Source: Longimicrobiales bacterium (GTDB taxonomy: Bacteria; Gemmatimonadota; Gemmatimonadetes; Longimicrobiales; Gaopeijiaceae). From it: a stretch of DNA of 64,000 bases. The position numbers were made by a program, and so were the translations under genes. Positions 29,713-40,610 of the stretch are shown here, in pieces (within the stretch, counting starts at the first letter, position 1; each line of letters begins with the position of its first letter). The notes beneath the pieces are model-generated. The model was not told the origin of the DNA. It made no database searches and saw only the letters and a program-made list of their open reading frames with translations. The stretch is taken from positions 6,230 through 70,229 of the forward strand of contig CBDAON010000003.1 of assembly GCA_965198065.1 (NCBI GenBank). The letters are read 5' to 3'.

Positions 29713-30930
29713 CTAGTAATACCAGCTCAGGCCAAGCTGCGCGTAGCTATCCTTGCGGAAGAAGTAGAACGGGTCCTCCAGGTCGGCGTTCGTCACCGCC
29801 CTGATCTCGAAGTCGGCGGTGAAGCTCTCACCTACTCTCCGGCTCGCCTCCACCAGCCAAGACACCGTGGCCAGATCGACGTCGAGGACCGCGCCAGCGA
29901 GAATCGCCGTGCTCTGCACGTCGTTCAGGGCGAAGCGCCCGCCCATGAAGAGATCGTTGTCGAACACGGATACCGCAACGAGCGGCTGGCTGAAGTCCGA
30001 CGTCCTCGTGTCGTGGCTGTATTCGGCGAGGAGGCCGATGTCGAGCCCCGAGTTGCCGACGTTGCCCAGCGTGAATTCGAACCCGCCGGTAAACGCTTGG
30101 AAGCGATCTCCCTGGCCGCTTCGCGTGATCGCTTCGACCTTCCAAGCCCACGCCCCTTGGATGAGTTGAGCGTCGACGCTCAGCTGGTGGACTTCTTCGT
30201 ACACAGGAGCGAAGCCGGTCGGGTTCTCGGCGGTCCCGACGACCTGGAAGCGTGGATCCCGCGCCGTTCCGTAGAAGCTCGAGACCCCCAGATCCAGCGG
30301 ACCGAAGTAGTGGGACCAACGGGCTGCAACGCCCAAAGTCCTCTCGATTTCCGCAGCGTCCTCGTCAATGAGGAGTGGGAACCGGAATCTCCCCTCCGCA
30401 CCGGGGAACGTCCGCTCGCGGAAACGCGGCATCAGATAGACGTCGATCGTCCCCCAGTCGGCTAGCCACGTCCCATGCACCGCGGGCTGACCTAACTTGT
30501 CTTCGCCGTCGCTGTTCTCGACCTGGTCCGTCTGATTCACGACGTCGACCAGGTGCTGAGACTCGGTTACACCCCAAAACGTGCGGACGAGTCCTGCCTC
30601 GAGCTCCCACTTCTCGCCGTAGGTGCGCCAGTACGCCTCCCGCAGGTCTACATGCGTCCGCTCGGAGTCGCCCCCGTCGAGACGCATGAAGGGCGCCAGC
30701 GTAAAGGCGTGCTGCCCGTCCGATGTGGACCAAAAGAGCTCGGGCTCGAGCGTCACGCTTCCGAACGCGTCGTGCTAGCCCGGATACAGCCCGCCCGACG
30801 GGAAGGCGCGTCCCTCCACGGTCGCCGCGCCCGAGAAAAGGTCCTAGCCGCTTACCTCCGGCGCTCCTGCTCCGAGCGCGAGCGCGATCAGCGCCGCGCT
30901 GCGGAGCGGACGTCTCGGCCAGGTTCGCAT
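29713..30930 (-). pseudogene. Outer-membrane beta-barrel (porin-like) protein, last gene of the MMPL operon, with two in-frame TAG codons
   Basis: ATG at 30930 gives MRTWPRRPLRSAALIALALGAGAPEVSG-TAG-DLFSGAATVEGRAFPSGGLYPG-TAG-HDAFGSVTLEPELFW. The TAGs are at 30844-30846 and 30775-30777. C-terminus ..LGLSWYY. Confidence 0.65.
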
Positions 30931-30940
30931 GTCGGCAGAC

Positions 30941-31753
30941 CTACCGGGCCCGGCGCAACGCGCTTTGGTCGAAGTCACGATCCGTCAGGCCCGTGCGGAA
31001 CTGGTAGTTCGTGAACGAGAGGGTCGTGCTCTTGCCGGTCTGGTGGTTCACCATCTCCATCCGGTCGGCCCGCCAGTACTGGTCGAAGTACTGCTGGTAC
31101 TCGTGATAGGTGAGGGTCTTGAGGAGATCGTTCTTCCGGTCGTAGAAGTCGACCTTCTGGAGGCGGTACTCGGCCTGGTCGTACCAGACGACCTGCCGCG
31201 TATAGCCGGAGTCCTCGTCCGTCGGGACGCGCTCGATCACGTACAGCGGGACCCCGTCCACGGTCTCGGCGGACATGAAGTCGTAGGTGTACTTCTCGAC
31301 CTCCTGCGACGAGATGTCCTCGTACGCGAACTCACTACCCATGAAGGGCCCGGACCGGTTGTTCGACGTGATCCGCTTCACCCGGCGGAGCGCGGGTAGG
31401 TAGAGCCACTGGTCATCGGGGCCCTGCCGATGCGTGTAGTTCAGAAACGCGGTCCCGGCGACGTCCCTGGGCTCGTCGAAGATCACCAGCGTCTGGTCTC
31501 CGTCGCCGTCGACCTCGAGCGTCAGGTTCCGCATCCGGCGGGAGCTTTCGTCGCCGTTCCGATTCCGGAGCAGCATCGTCAGCTCGGACGTCACGTCGTT
31601 GAAGCCCGCGTCACGCTGATCGGCCTCCTGCGCAACTTCGATGCCGGTAGGTACGCTCCTGTCCTGTGCGACCACCGGTCCAGCACCCAGCGCGATCGCT
31701 ACTGCGAGCCCGGCCAGCAGCGCCTGTGTCCTCATCTTCATCATGTCAGTCAC
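30941..31753 (-). CDS. LolA-like outer-membrane lipoprotein-sorting family protein
   Basis: Signal peptide; QWLYLPALRRVKRI and GSEFAYEDI blocks typical of the LolA-like family found next to MMPL transporters. Confidence 0.8.
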   Translation of the reverse strand: MTDMMKMRTQALLAGLAVAIALGAGPVVAQDRSVPTGIEVAQEADQRDAGFNDVTSELTMLLRNRNGDESSRRMRNLTLEVDGDGDQTLVIFDEPRDVAGTAFLNYTHRQGPDDQWLYLPALRRVKRITSNNRSGPFMGSEFAYEDISSQEVEKYTYDFMSAETVDGVPLYVIERVPTDEDSGYTRQVVWYDQAEYRLQKVDFYDRKNDLLKTLTYHEYQQYFDQYWRADRMEMVNHQTGKSTTLSFTNYQFRTGLTDRDFDQSALRRAR

Positions 31754-31803
31754 CTCGAAGTTTCAGTTGAGTCGTAGGGTCAGTTCGTGTGTCGGTGGCC
31801 CGC

Positions 31804-34153
31804 TCAAAGAGCGGGGGTGGGCTCGGTCTCAGGAGCCGGTGCCGGGCTGTACGACGCCACCCTGTCGATAGCCATCAAGAGCGGCGGCAAGAACAGGAAG
31901 TCGACCGCGAGCGCCAACGCGATCGTGATCGCGGTCATCTTCCCCATGTCTGCGTTCATACCGAACGCCGAGGTCGCCAGAATCGAGAAGCCGATCACCA
32001 GGATCACCGACGTCACGGCGAGCGCCCGGCCCACCGTCGTAAACGCGTAGCGGACGGCGTCCTGCGGGTCAAGGTACCGTTCCCGGCGTGCCCTCAGGTA
32101 CTTCGTCATGAAGTGAATCGAGTCGTCGACGACGATTCCAAGCGTCATCCCGATGACGATCGAGAGGCTGAGGTTCACAGTTCCGGATGCGATGCCCCAA
32201 ATACCGATCTCCTGGAAGGAGGTTCGGGATGAAGCTCAAGAGGCCGAGGCGCACGGACCTGAGCGCGAGTACCATCAGCGCCGAGATCAACACCAGCGCT
32301 AGCGTCGAGCCGATGAGCATGCTGCGAATGTTGATGCCCGAGATGTATGCAAACATCACCAACGGCCCGGAGCCTACCGAGTGCATCGACGTGGGCACGT
32401 TGGCGGCCAGCCACTCTTCGCCCGATTCCACGAGGCCGCGAACCTCGCGCGCGCTCACGTTCTCGAGCGTCACGATGAAGCGCGTGGCGGACTTGTCCAC
32501 GTTGATCTGGTTGTTCAGATCGAGCCCGTACGGAAGTGACATCTCGTAGAGGAGCAGATACTGGGCGGCAAGCTCACGACTTTCCGGGAGCGCGTAGTAT
32601 GACTCGTCGTCGCCGTGCATGTTCTTGTTCAGCCGCTTCATGACGTCCGTGAACGTGCTCACGTGCATTACGCCCGGCTGCTCCCGATACCACTGCGCGA
32701 AGTCCTCCACGGTCGCGAGGTAGGCGGGGTCGCTGATCGAGCCGCTCTCCGCGCCCGCGAGCGAGAACTCGATGTTGTAGATCCCGGTCAGGTTATCGGC
32801 GATGAAGTCGGTGTCCGTTCGGAAGGCGATGCTTTGGTCGAAGTACTCGACGAAGCGGTCGTCCAACTCGTTCTGAGGAATCATGCCTACGAGCAGGACT
32901 GTAAGCGCAGCGGACCCCCAGAGCAGGGGGCGCCGCTTCGCGATCACCATCTCCGCGATGCGCTCGTACAATGTAGACGTCGCTTTCTGCGGCTTGGGCG
33001 TGCGAACCGGTAGAACCGCCACGAGCGCCGGCAGGAAAGTCACCGACAGAACGAACGCCGCTGCGATGCCGGCCGCGGTCATATTGCCGAGGTGATTGAA
33101 CGGCGGGACGTCGCTGAAGTTGAGGCTCAAGAAGCCGATCACCGTGGAGAGCGAAGTGAGGAAGACCGGAGTCATGTTCACGCGCACGGCCTCCACGATC
33201 GCGTCGTATTTGGACAGACCCGACTGCATCCCCTTCAACATCGTCACGAGGATGTGTATCGAGTCGGCGACCGCGAGAGTCATGATGATCGTCGGCGCCT
33301 GCGCAGAGGGTGGCGTCAAGCCGATCCCGAAGAAGCCCGCGAAGCCCATCGCCACGACGACGGAGAGCATCACGAGAAGCATCGTCGCAATCGAGGTGCT
33401 GACCGATCGCATTGTGAAGATCATCACGAGGAACATCGCGCCGAACATCAGCGGCATGAGGATCGACAGCTCGTCGACACTCACCTCTTGGAAGGCGCTG
33501 TTCAGCATTGCGAAGCCCGTGAGGTAAATCGTCACGTCGGGGTGCCGCGCGCTGACCTCGTCGACCACCTGACGGGCGGCTTCCGCCACCTGGATGGGTT
33601 CGGTCGGATCCTCGCCGGGCAGCTGGAGGGTCACGTTCACGCCCGTGACCGTTGCCGCCTCGTTGACGAGGCGACGGGCCAGGAAGGGCTCAGCAACCGC
33701 CACTGCTTCCGCGGCCGCCCGTTCCTCTGCCGTGCTCGCCGCGACGTCCTCGACGAGGTCCTCGACGAGCAGATCGTCTTCGATCGCGCTCGTATGCTGG
33801 AAGTTCGTGACCGCGTCGACCCGGATCGCGTAAGGGAGCTGCCAGCCCGCCTCGGTCAGCTCCTCTACAGCGAGCAGGCTTTCCTCAGAGAAGGCCTCAC
33901 CGTTGGCCGGCTCGACGACCCAGAGGACGTTGTCGTTCTTCGTGTAAACGTTCTGAAGCTCTTCATACGCGCTGAGCTGCGGGTTCTCTTCGCCGAAGAA
34001 CGCAGAGTAGTCAGTGTCGAAGAAGAGCCCGGTCGCGCCGCTCCCGACGCCACCCGTCACGACCAGCGTGAGGAGGATGATCGGCCAGCGAAAGCGAATC
34101 ATCTGGCGGGCGAAGGCTTCGACACGCAGATCCCACGGTGTTCTCGGGGCCAT
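31804..34153 (-). pseudogene. MMPL/RND-superfamily transporter with one frameshift
   Basis: ORF 32069..34153 carries the 12-TM body up to FIPNLLP. ORF 31804..32178 carries the true end (LSIVIGMTLGIVVDDSIHF..). A third frame bridges them (IGIWGIASGTVNLS). The switch is near 32195. Confidence 0.85.
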
Positions 34154-34267
34154 CGAGAGGGTCCTTTTCTAGGTGGCTCGCGCCGGGGGCGGGCTGCGCC
34201 TGGCGCGGCTCGTGGCTATTCGTGAATTACGTGCAAAACGATGAGTGGAAGGCCAGGAACCGGACGG

Positions 34268-34891
34268 TCATCCGATCTTCCCGGCTGCGGTCGGTCTCAG
34301 GGTCTCGAGGTAGCCCCCGAGGACGCGCATGGTGCTTCGTGCGACATCGACGTCGCGCGCGGACTTGGCGAGTCCTGCCGAGCCCGCCATCGCGGCGACG
34401 AGGAACGTTCCGATCTCGGACGCGTCGACGTCCGTACGGACCGTGCCCGCGGCCTGGCCCCGCTGGAACGCCTCGGCGAACACCCCTCTCCACCGGGCGT
34501 AGAGGGCCTCGATCTGTTCGCGGAAGTCGGCGTCCGTGCTCGAGAGCTCCTGAGCCAGGTTGTTCAGCGGACACCCGCACGCGACGGCTTCCGGCGTGAG
34601 CTCGTCGAGCTTCGAGTCGACACACGACATGATCGCGCCGATCGGATCGTCTGTGCTTGCAAGCGGTCCCACGAACGACTCGACGACCAGCTGCCGAATC
34701 ATCGAGTCGATCATGGCCTGGGCGAGCCCCTTCTTACTGCCGAAATGGTGATAGAGCGCGCCGCGCGTCACGCCAGACCGCTCGACAACCCGATCCATGT
34801 TCGCGGCCCTGTAGCCATGCTCGTGGATCTCGACGAATGCAGCCTCGAGCAATCGCTCCCGGGTGCCCTCGGGGTCTCTTGTCCTGACCAT
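34268..34891 (-). CDS. TetR/AcrR family transcriptional regulator
   Basis: ATG 34891 after GAGGAG. RERLLEAAFVEIHEHGYRAANMDRVVERSGVTRGALYHHFGSKKGL. Confidence 0.9.
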   Translation of the reverse strand: MVRTRDPEGTRERLLEAAFVEIHEHGYRAANMDRVVERSGVTRGALYHHFGSKKGLAQAMIDSMIRQLVVESFVGPLASTDDPIGAIMSCVDSKLDELTPEAVACGCPLNNLAQELSSTDADFREQIEALYARWRGVFAEAFQRGQAAGTVRTDVDASEIGTFLVAAMAGSAGLAKSARDVDVARSTMRVLGGYLETLRPTAAGKIG

Positions 34892-34922
34892 GCCGTACTC
34901 CTCAACAACTGCCATCCTGAGC

Positions 34923-34950
34923 GTTACATACATATCCGTGTGTATGTAAC
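34923..34950. promoter_or_regulatory. Perfect 10-bp inverted repeat (candidate TetR operator)
   Basis: GTTACATACA-tatccgtg-TGTATGTAAC read directly, 32-59 nt upstream of the TetR start. Confidence 0.6.
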
Positions 34951-35410
34951 TGACGCCCGTGTCAAGGGGGGGTAGGTCTTCGAATTCAATGCTCGGGAGA
35001 ACGGGCAACGATTGAGTAGGTCTACTCGCCCCCCGAAAGCTGCTCAGTTGTGCTCAACGTGTTCATATGTGTTACGTGATTTCTCTATGTGTGGCCAGCG
35101 GGGTCAGTTTGAATCGTGACGGTCCTGGGGTCAGGCTGATGGGCGCCCTGAATCCCCCAACCCCTACTTCGCGTAGGTACGTCTAAGTCGGCGGGCAGAC
35201 CCGGGGACGAGCTCCGGGCCGCAAAATCCTCGGCTTCGGCCGATGAACACGGGGGGGCATCATGAAACGCGCACCAGGCGAATCTGATCGAAGCGGGGAT
35301 GGTGGACGTTCCAGTGGGTCGGCGTGATCGCGGCCTACGTAGGTATCGTGAGCTTCCTCGTCTACACCGTCAGCGAGGCGGTGAAGCAGATCACGTGATC
35401 GTAACTTCAA

Positions 35411-35452
35411 TGGGCGCTGGAGGATTCGAACCTCTGACCTCCTGCTTGTAAG
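35411..35452 (-). pseudogene. tRNA-Val(UAC) 3' half (positions ~32-73) without a 5' half
   Basis: The rc reads CTTACAA-GCAGG-AGGTC-AGAGG-TTCGAAT-CCTCC-AGCGCCC-A. The 5 nt 5' of the loop cannot pair with GCAGG, and no D-arm or acceptor 5' strand is present. Confidence 0.7.
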
Positions 35453-35594
35453 GCCCATCGCAGAGGGGCCGAACTACGGTAGGGTCAGGAGGTGGCGCGG
35501 TGCCCTTAGGGGTACGGTGTATATTTTGTCCGCCTTGCTTTCGCGGCGGTGCCAAGTCCGACTCCCATAGGTCCGTTTCCACCCCCTGCCCGTC

Positions 35595-35627
<33 letters not shown>

Positions 35628-35637
35628 TCAGTCGGGA

Positions 35638-37041
35638 TCACGCCTTCGCCCACGGAAGGTACCTGGTCGTCCGCGCAAGACACGTGAGGCCGCACTGCTC
35701 CCACAGCCACGTGTAGGGAAAGCGCACGTATTTCCCCGATCGCCCCTTGTGCTTCCGGCAGTACCACTGTCGTAGCCGCCAGGCGGCGTGCTGGTCCACA
35801 GCCCTGTATGCCGGATTGACTTGCCCGAGATTGAAGTAGTTTGCCCACCCCAACATCATCCGGTTCAGGCTCCCTACGACTTCCTCGGCATCCAGCCATT
35901 CACGCCTGCAGTCCGTCTGCTCGCTGATCCGGTGGCAGATGCTCTGAACGCTCGCCTTGCTCGGTCGAGTGCCGATGTACCGGCTTCCGTTCCCGGAACG
36001 ATAGTTCCAGCCGATGCGATACCCGAGAAACTCAAGCGGCTCCTCGGGGCACCGGAGGCATCGGGTCTTCTCTGCGTTGACCGGTAGCTTCAGCCTGTCC
36101 ATGAGCCGGTTGACCGCCGCCAGCATCTCCGCCGCCGAGGCCTTCCCGAGCACACAAAAATCGTCCGCATAATTCACGATCTCCGCACCGAAGCGCCGGG
36201 CGTAGCCCAGCACCTTCCAGCCAAGGATAAACCGCCGCATGTAAATGCTGCTCAGCAGCGGTGAGATCGGAGCTCCTTGCGGAGTCCCCTTTCTCTCCTT
36301 TCGCGCCCGGTTCGTGCGGCGAGTGCCGCCCTTGCCGTCCTCCTCTATCACCGGCATTTCCAGCCATGCCTTGATGAGTCCAAGCATCCGCCCGTCGCTC
36401 ACGCACCGAGCAATACTCTTCATCAACTCGGCATGCGGTATCTCACCGAAGTAGTTGGAGAGGTCCGCATCGACCACTTCGTTGTGGCCCCGGTACAGCA
36501 ACCCACGGATCCGCTGCACCGCGTCCTTCGCGCTTCGTCCCGGCCGGTATGCATACTGCTCCGGCTGCAGGTCCGCCTCGAATATCGGCACCAGCACCAG
36601 CAACGCCGACGTCTGCGCAACCCGATCCCTTAGGCACGGTATGCCCAGGGGACGGAACTTCCCCGGCTGCTTCTTCGGGATGAGCACCTGACGCACCGGA
36701 CTCGGCTCGTAGGCGCCATCCCTCAGGTCCCGCGACAGTTCCCCTACCCAACGCTCCACCCCGTATGCCTCGACGCCCGCGACCGTCACACCATCCACTC
36801 CTGCCGCTCCGCCGTTGCGCCGGACCATCCCCCACGCCTCCAGGAGGAGATCCTGCCTCCATACCTTGTCGACGAGGGCGTGAAAGCGCCGGTCAGGTTC
36901 TTCCTTCGCTTTCGCGTGTAGCACGTTCTGGAGTAGTTTCCGAACACTTCCTGCCGACCCTCTTAGACTCCCGTCAGTGGTCAAGTCCCTGCCTCCTTTC
37001 CGCACCGCTCCCAACTCAGGGCCCCTTCCCTCGACGGGCAT
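35638..37041 (-). CDS. Group II intron reverse transcriptase/maturase
   Basis: 467 aa. RT blocks (RRVLIPKKQPGKFRPLGIP, YADDFCVL) and maturase X tail (LNRMMLGWANYFNLG). No HNH/En domain is evident. Confidence 0.92.
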   Translation of the reverse strand: MPVEGRGPELGAVRKGGRDLTTDGSLRGSAGSVRKLLQNVLHAKAKEEPDRRFHALVDKVWRQDLLLEAWGMVRRNGGAAGVDGVTVAGVEAYGVERWVGELSRDLRDGAYEPSPVRQVLIPKKQPGKFRPLGIPCLRDRVAQTSALLVLVPIFEADLQPEQYAYRPGRSAKDAVQRIRGLLYRGHNEVVDADLSNYFGEIPHAELMKSIARCVSDGRMLGLIKAWLEMPVIEEDGKGGTRRTNRARKERKGTPQGAPISPLLSSIYMRRFILGWKVLGYARRFGAEIVNYADDFCVLGKASAAEMLAAVNRLMDRLKLPVNAEKTRCLRCPEEPLEFLGYRIGWNYRSGNGSRYIGTRPSKASVQSICHRISEQTDCRREWLDAEEVVGSLNRMMLGWANYFNLGQVNPAYRAVDQHAAWRLRQWYCRKHKGRSGKYVRFPYTWLWEQCGLTCLARTTRYLPWAKA

Positions 37042-37600
37042 TACCCCGCGTCCTCAGTAATACGGGCCCATCCGCCACCCTGTCGGCCCAGCCTGCCCCT
37101 CGCGGGGTCCCGGTTGCCGTGTGCACCGCACCGACAGGGCTTCCCGTGTTGCCACGCCTTCCATCTTCCGCATGTGCCGACGCCACTACCCCGGCGAAAA
37201 CCAGCCAGTGCTCGTGTCGCTCACTTCCCGGCCAGTCAGCGGCCTTCCCCTTTCTTGCGCAGGGTCGGCTTCCGCGTTGACGGTTTCGGGGCCTGCTCGG
37301 CGTTCACTGCACGTTTCGGCCCACGTGGTCGCTGAACCGCCTTCCGACTTAGCTCCTCCCTTGGCCGGATTGGCCGTTTCCAGTCGCGTGCCCGTTTAGG
37401 GAATCGCATATCGTGCGCGGCCCGTACCAGAGTGCTTCAGCTCATGTCGTTACCTTCATGCACCGCTCTGGCTACTACCGGCTGGAGCGACAGCTGCCGG
37501 GCGGGATTCGCACCCGCAAGGAAAGCGCGCCTTTCCACGGCGCACGCAAGTAATCGCATAAATCCAACTCGGGCCGTACGACATCCTGCCGCGTTTGAAC

Positions 37601-37645
37601 AGCGGGAATCAGGCCCTCAACAGCGGGGATGAAGAGCGGGAATCC
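37601..37645. repeat. GCGGGAATC motif cluster (3 copies, one degenerate)
   Basis: AGCGGGAATC 37601-37610, AGCGGGGAT 37622-37630, AGCGGGAATCC 37635-37645. Confidence 0.5.
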
Positions 37646-37807
37646 TCTCGCCGACACCCCCCATAGACTGCCCCTTCTGGGTCCATGCTAGAGACCCAGG
37701 CGCGTGGGTTCCCGTGGCCGAACGTGACCGCAAGCGGGGCACGCGAGCCTCAAAGTCTACCGCGACAGCAGGAGCGCTCTGGCCGGATTACTCCGCTGAG
37801 CCGCGCC

Positions 37808-39130
37808 CTACGCGATCCCCTCCAAAACCGCGCGACTCACCGCGTCGTACTCGTTAGGCAGCGGCACGGGCCGGTTCGCATCACGGCTCTCGACGCCCCG
37901 GAGCTCGTTATCGTGATATCGGACCTTGAAGTCCGTGAACTTGAGGCCGCTCGCCGTCGAGATCACGACCGTGCGGTCCGTCTTCGAGATCTCCCCTCGG
38001 TGGACCAGCTTCTTCAGGGCCGCAAGAGCCACGCCCGTGTGCGGACAGGCGAAGGTGCCGGTGCGGTCCGCGGCGGCCGCGGCCTCGGCCAGCTCGCTTT
38101 CGGTGGCCTGCTCCACGACGCCGTCGAAGGCCTCCAGGGTTCGGATGGCGCGGTGGATGCTCACCGGGTTGCCGATCCGGATCGCGCTGGCTTCGGTGCG
38201 CTGGGCGGTGATGGGCTCGTAGCTGTCCCAGCCGGCCTTGTACGCCTGGTACAGGGGGTTCGCGGCCGCGGCCTGGGCGACGCAGATCCGGGGGCGCTTC
38301 GTGATGATGCCCAGCGACTCCATCATCGAGAATCCGGCTCCGAGCGCGGACACGTTCCCCAGGTTACCGCCGGGGATGACGATCCAGTCCGGCACCTCCC
38401 AGTCGAACTGCTGGGTGATCTCGATGCCCACGGTCTTCTGGCCTTCCAGGCGGAGCGAGTTCATCGAGTTGGCCAGGTAGATCCCCGGATCCTCGGCCAG
38501 CTTCTGGACCATTGCCATGCACCCGTCGAAGTCGGTGTCGATCGCGCATACGAGCGCCCCGTTGGCCAGCGGCTGGACAAGCTGCGCTGTGGTCACTTTC
38601 CCGGCCGGGAGCAGCACGACCGCCCGAATCCCGGCGGCCGCACAGTAGGCGGCTAGTGCTGCCGAGGTGTCCCCCGTGGAAGCGCAGACAATCGCGCGGA
38701 TCGGCTTCCCGTCGCGGATCATCTGGCGCACGACGCTCACCAGGACGGTCATCCCGAGGTCCTTGAACGACCCCGTGTGACTGTTCCCACACAGCTTGAG
38801 CCAGAGATCGGAGAGCCCGAGGCCCTCGCCATACCGCTCGGCCCAGAAGAGGTTCGTGTTCCCCTCGTGGAGCGAGGCGATGCAGTCGTCGCGAAGGTAC
38901 GGCATCACCCATTCCTTCTTGCCCCATACGCCGCTCCCGTAGGGCCACTCGGTGGTGTTCGTGCGATTGTCGATGAGCCGCATCCAGGCGGCCGGGCTGC
39001 GGTCGCGCAGGGCCTCGATGTCGTGCTCGACCTCGAGGAGCTCTCCGGTGGTGGGCGAGCGGTAGATCACCTGGTCGACCGGAAACGTCTCTCCGGTGGA
39101 CGGGGCGCGGTATCGGCAATTGTAGGTCAT
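37808..39130 (-). CDS. thrC: Threonine synthase
   Basis: ATG 39130. [25 protein letters not shown] (PLP lysine motif), and full-length ThrC-like layout. Confidence 0.92.
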   Translation of the reverse strand: MTYNCRYRAPSTGETFPVDQVIYRSPTTGELLEVEHDIEALRDRSPAAWMRLIDNRTNTTEWPYGSGVWGKKEWVMPYLRDDCIASLHEGNTNLFWAERYGEGLGLSDLWLKLCGNSHTGSFKDLGMTVLVSVVRQMIRDGKPIRAIVCASTGDTSAALAAYCAAAGIRAVVLLPAGKVTTAQLVQPLANGALVCAIDTDFDGCMAMVQKLAEDPGIYLANSMNSLRLEGQKTVGIEITQQFDWEVPDWIVIPGGNLGNVSALGAGFSMMESLGIITKRPRICVAQAAAANPLYQAYKAGWDSYEPITAQRTEASAIRIGNPVSIHRAIRTLEAFDGVVEQATESELAEAAAAADRTGTFACPHTGVALAALKKLVHRGEISKTDRTVVISTASGLKFTDFKVRYHDNELRGVESRDANRPVPLPNEYDAVSRAVLEGIA

Positions 39131-39563
39131 GGGCAGGGTGGGTGTGATCGGACGGTCGCGGGAACGTGATCCGCGCGGGGGCACTGGACCGTCCAAGATA
39201 TTTCGCTTGCTCCCGACGCAATACTCCCAAGGGACGCCGACCATCCAGACGGGTGGGGCTCATCGCGCGGAAGGCCGTTATCGGTAAGGCTCCGGGCTCT
39301 GACAGCACCGGAGGAGCCACGGCCCTCTTCGACGCACAGTCGAACCATCCGGACCTCCTCCGCGACGACCCCCGATACCAGGCGTTACTCGAAGAGGCGG
39401 GGATTACGTGGTGAGGTGTCCATCCCGCGACCTAGCGCAGCGGCGAGGCAGGCTGCGAGAACGAGCTTCGGGAGGGGAGTAACCGACACCCCTAACCGAC
39501 ACCCCTCTAGAGGCAGGTCGTGCGGGAAGCCCGAGAGGCCATGTGCGAGAAGGGTTTTGAGAG

Positions 39564-39610
39564 TGGGCCTTGGAAGACTCGAACTTCCGACCTCACGCTT
39601 ATCAGGCGCA
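39564..39610 (-). pseudogene. tRNA-Ile(GAU) 3' portion (anticodon arm to discriminator) without a 5' half
   Basis: The rc reads TGCGC-CTGATAA-GCGTG-AGGTC-GGAAG-TTCGAGT-CTTCC-AAGGCCC-A. The upstream sequence has no D-arm or GGGCCTT acceptor strand. Confidence 0.65.
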
Positions 39611-39714
39611 TCCCGCGTCGGGGGAATCCGGCAAGAAATAGTCCAAGTTAAACTAGGACTGCACGATCTGCCGCACTTGCCGTTGGCCGATGGCTGATTG
39701 CAGCGTACCGAAAT

Positions 39715-39748
39715 AGCGGGAAAACGGCATTTGAATGGCGGGAATCCC
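39715..39748. repeat. GCGGGAA(TC) motif pair
   Basis: AGCGGGAAAAC 39715-39725 and GGCGGGAATCCC 39737-39748. A further GGGGAATCC lies at 39621-39629. Confidence 0.5.
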
Positions 39749-39771
39749 AGTCGTATCAGATCCCGTGTCCC

Positions 39772-40264
39772 TCAGACGCCGAATTGGCGAGGATGATAGT
39801 CAAGGTGTCTCCAGCAGAGCAGACCCCATTCCTCAACCCGAGACTTGCCCGAAGACCGGATGTGTACCCCACTTTTCCGAAGAATCTTTCTGGCTCACAC
39901 GGTCCACCAAGGCATGGAGTGCCGCGACGTCGTCACGCCATTCAGCTGAAGACGTCATCAACATCTCTGGGGGCGCGCCGATCCATGCTCTCGGCCACGG
40001 CAGCCAGTGGACCAAGACTCGTCGTAAGCATCTGAACCTGAGGAGTCCCGGTGTCACCTTCACTTCCCGAGTGCCGAATCTGAGCCGGAGCGGTCCTGCA
40101 TGCACCTTGAGATCGCCGAGTGCGACCCGTAACTGATCGGCGGCGTGGCAGACCATCTCTCTCGCAGTCATAGTACCCCATCGCCGGATGCTCTCTGGCG
40201 AAAATCGGGCGATTCGTGCGTGGATCGCCGCTCGCGCCGATTGTCCGAACAGGGTAGTGCTCAT
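39772..40264 (-). pseudogene. DUF1569 (DinB-like) protein with one frameshift
   Basis: The track ORF ends ..THPVFGQVSG-stop. The next frame continues SRVEEWGLLCWRHLDYHPRQFGV-stop (39772-39774), the conserved DUF1569 C-terminus. Confidence 0.75.
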
Positions 40265-40336
40265 GAGCCTTCAGCGCCTCCAGTGAGCGCCAGGTGGTGT
40301 TTGTATTAAGTTGTGGCGTTGCTTCCGGGGTCGGTT

Positions 40337-40379
40337 AGGGGACTAACATAGGATGTGGTACCGCTCTTGGGGGCAGGTC
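40337..40379 (+). mobile_element. Solo right-end remnant of the IS3-family element
   Basis: GGGGACTAACATAGGATGTGGTACC matches the last bases of the window (GGGACTAACATAGGTTGTGGTACC in IS3 copy 2). It runs on to ..GGGGGCAGGTCA, which approximates the rc of the IS left end TGACCCCCTG. Confidence 0.55.
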
Positions 40380-40610
40380 ACTTGACGATGACGGATACGA
40401 TTCCGTACAAATTCATTATCGCTTCGTCGGGCGTTGATTCTTACTTGTTCTTTTTCCTCCGTTAGGTTCGTCTCTCCATCGATCACATATCTCCATTGCT
40501 CAAAGGTCTATCACCAGAAAGGCCTGTGCCTGCCGAACTGGCCAAGTGTGGCCTGAATCGCCGGGGATCCGTTCGCCGCGCGCACCCACTTTTGTGGATC
40601 CGTCCTCCGG

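Noticed and set aside
35270-35398. Small TM peptide (..WWTFQWVGVIAAYVGIVSFLVYTVSEAVKQIT) just before the tRNA-Val half.
   Set aside because: It has no in-frame start unless yet another frameshift joins it to the ATG at about 35262. It is too short and too uncertain to call.
35638-37041. The reverse transcriptase as a retron, DGR or defence-associated RT.
   Set aside because: It has a maturase X domain, is embedded between a GUGCG 5' end and a canonical domain V, and has no adjacent msr/msd-like repeats or template/variable repeat pair.
39166-39414. ORF 39166..39414 (ends ..HPDLLRDDPRYQALLEEAGITW) as a gene.
   Set aside because: Only the last ~25 aa look protein-like, and the rest overlaps the thrC 5' region out of frame. 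It may be a C-terminal relic of a larger protein, but I cannot assign a family.
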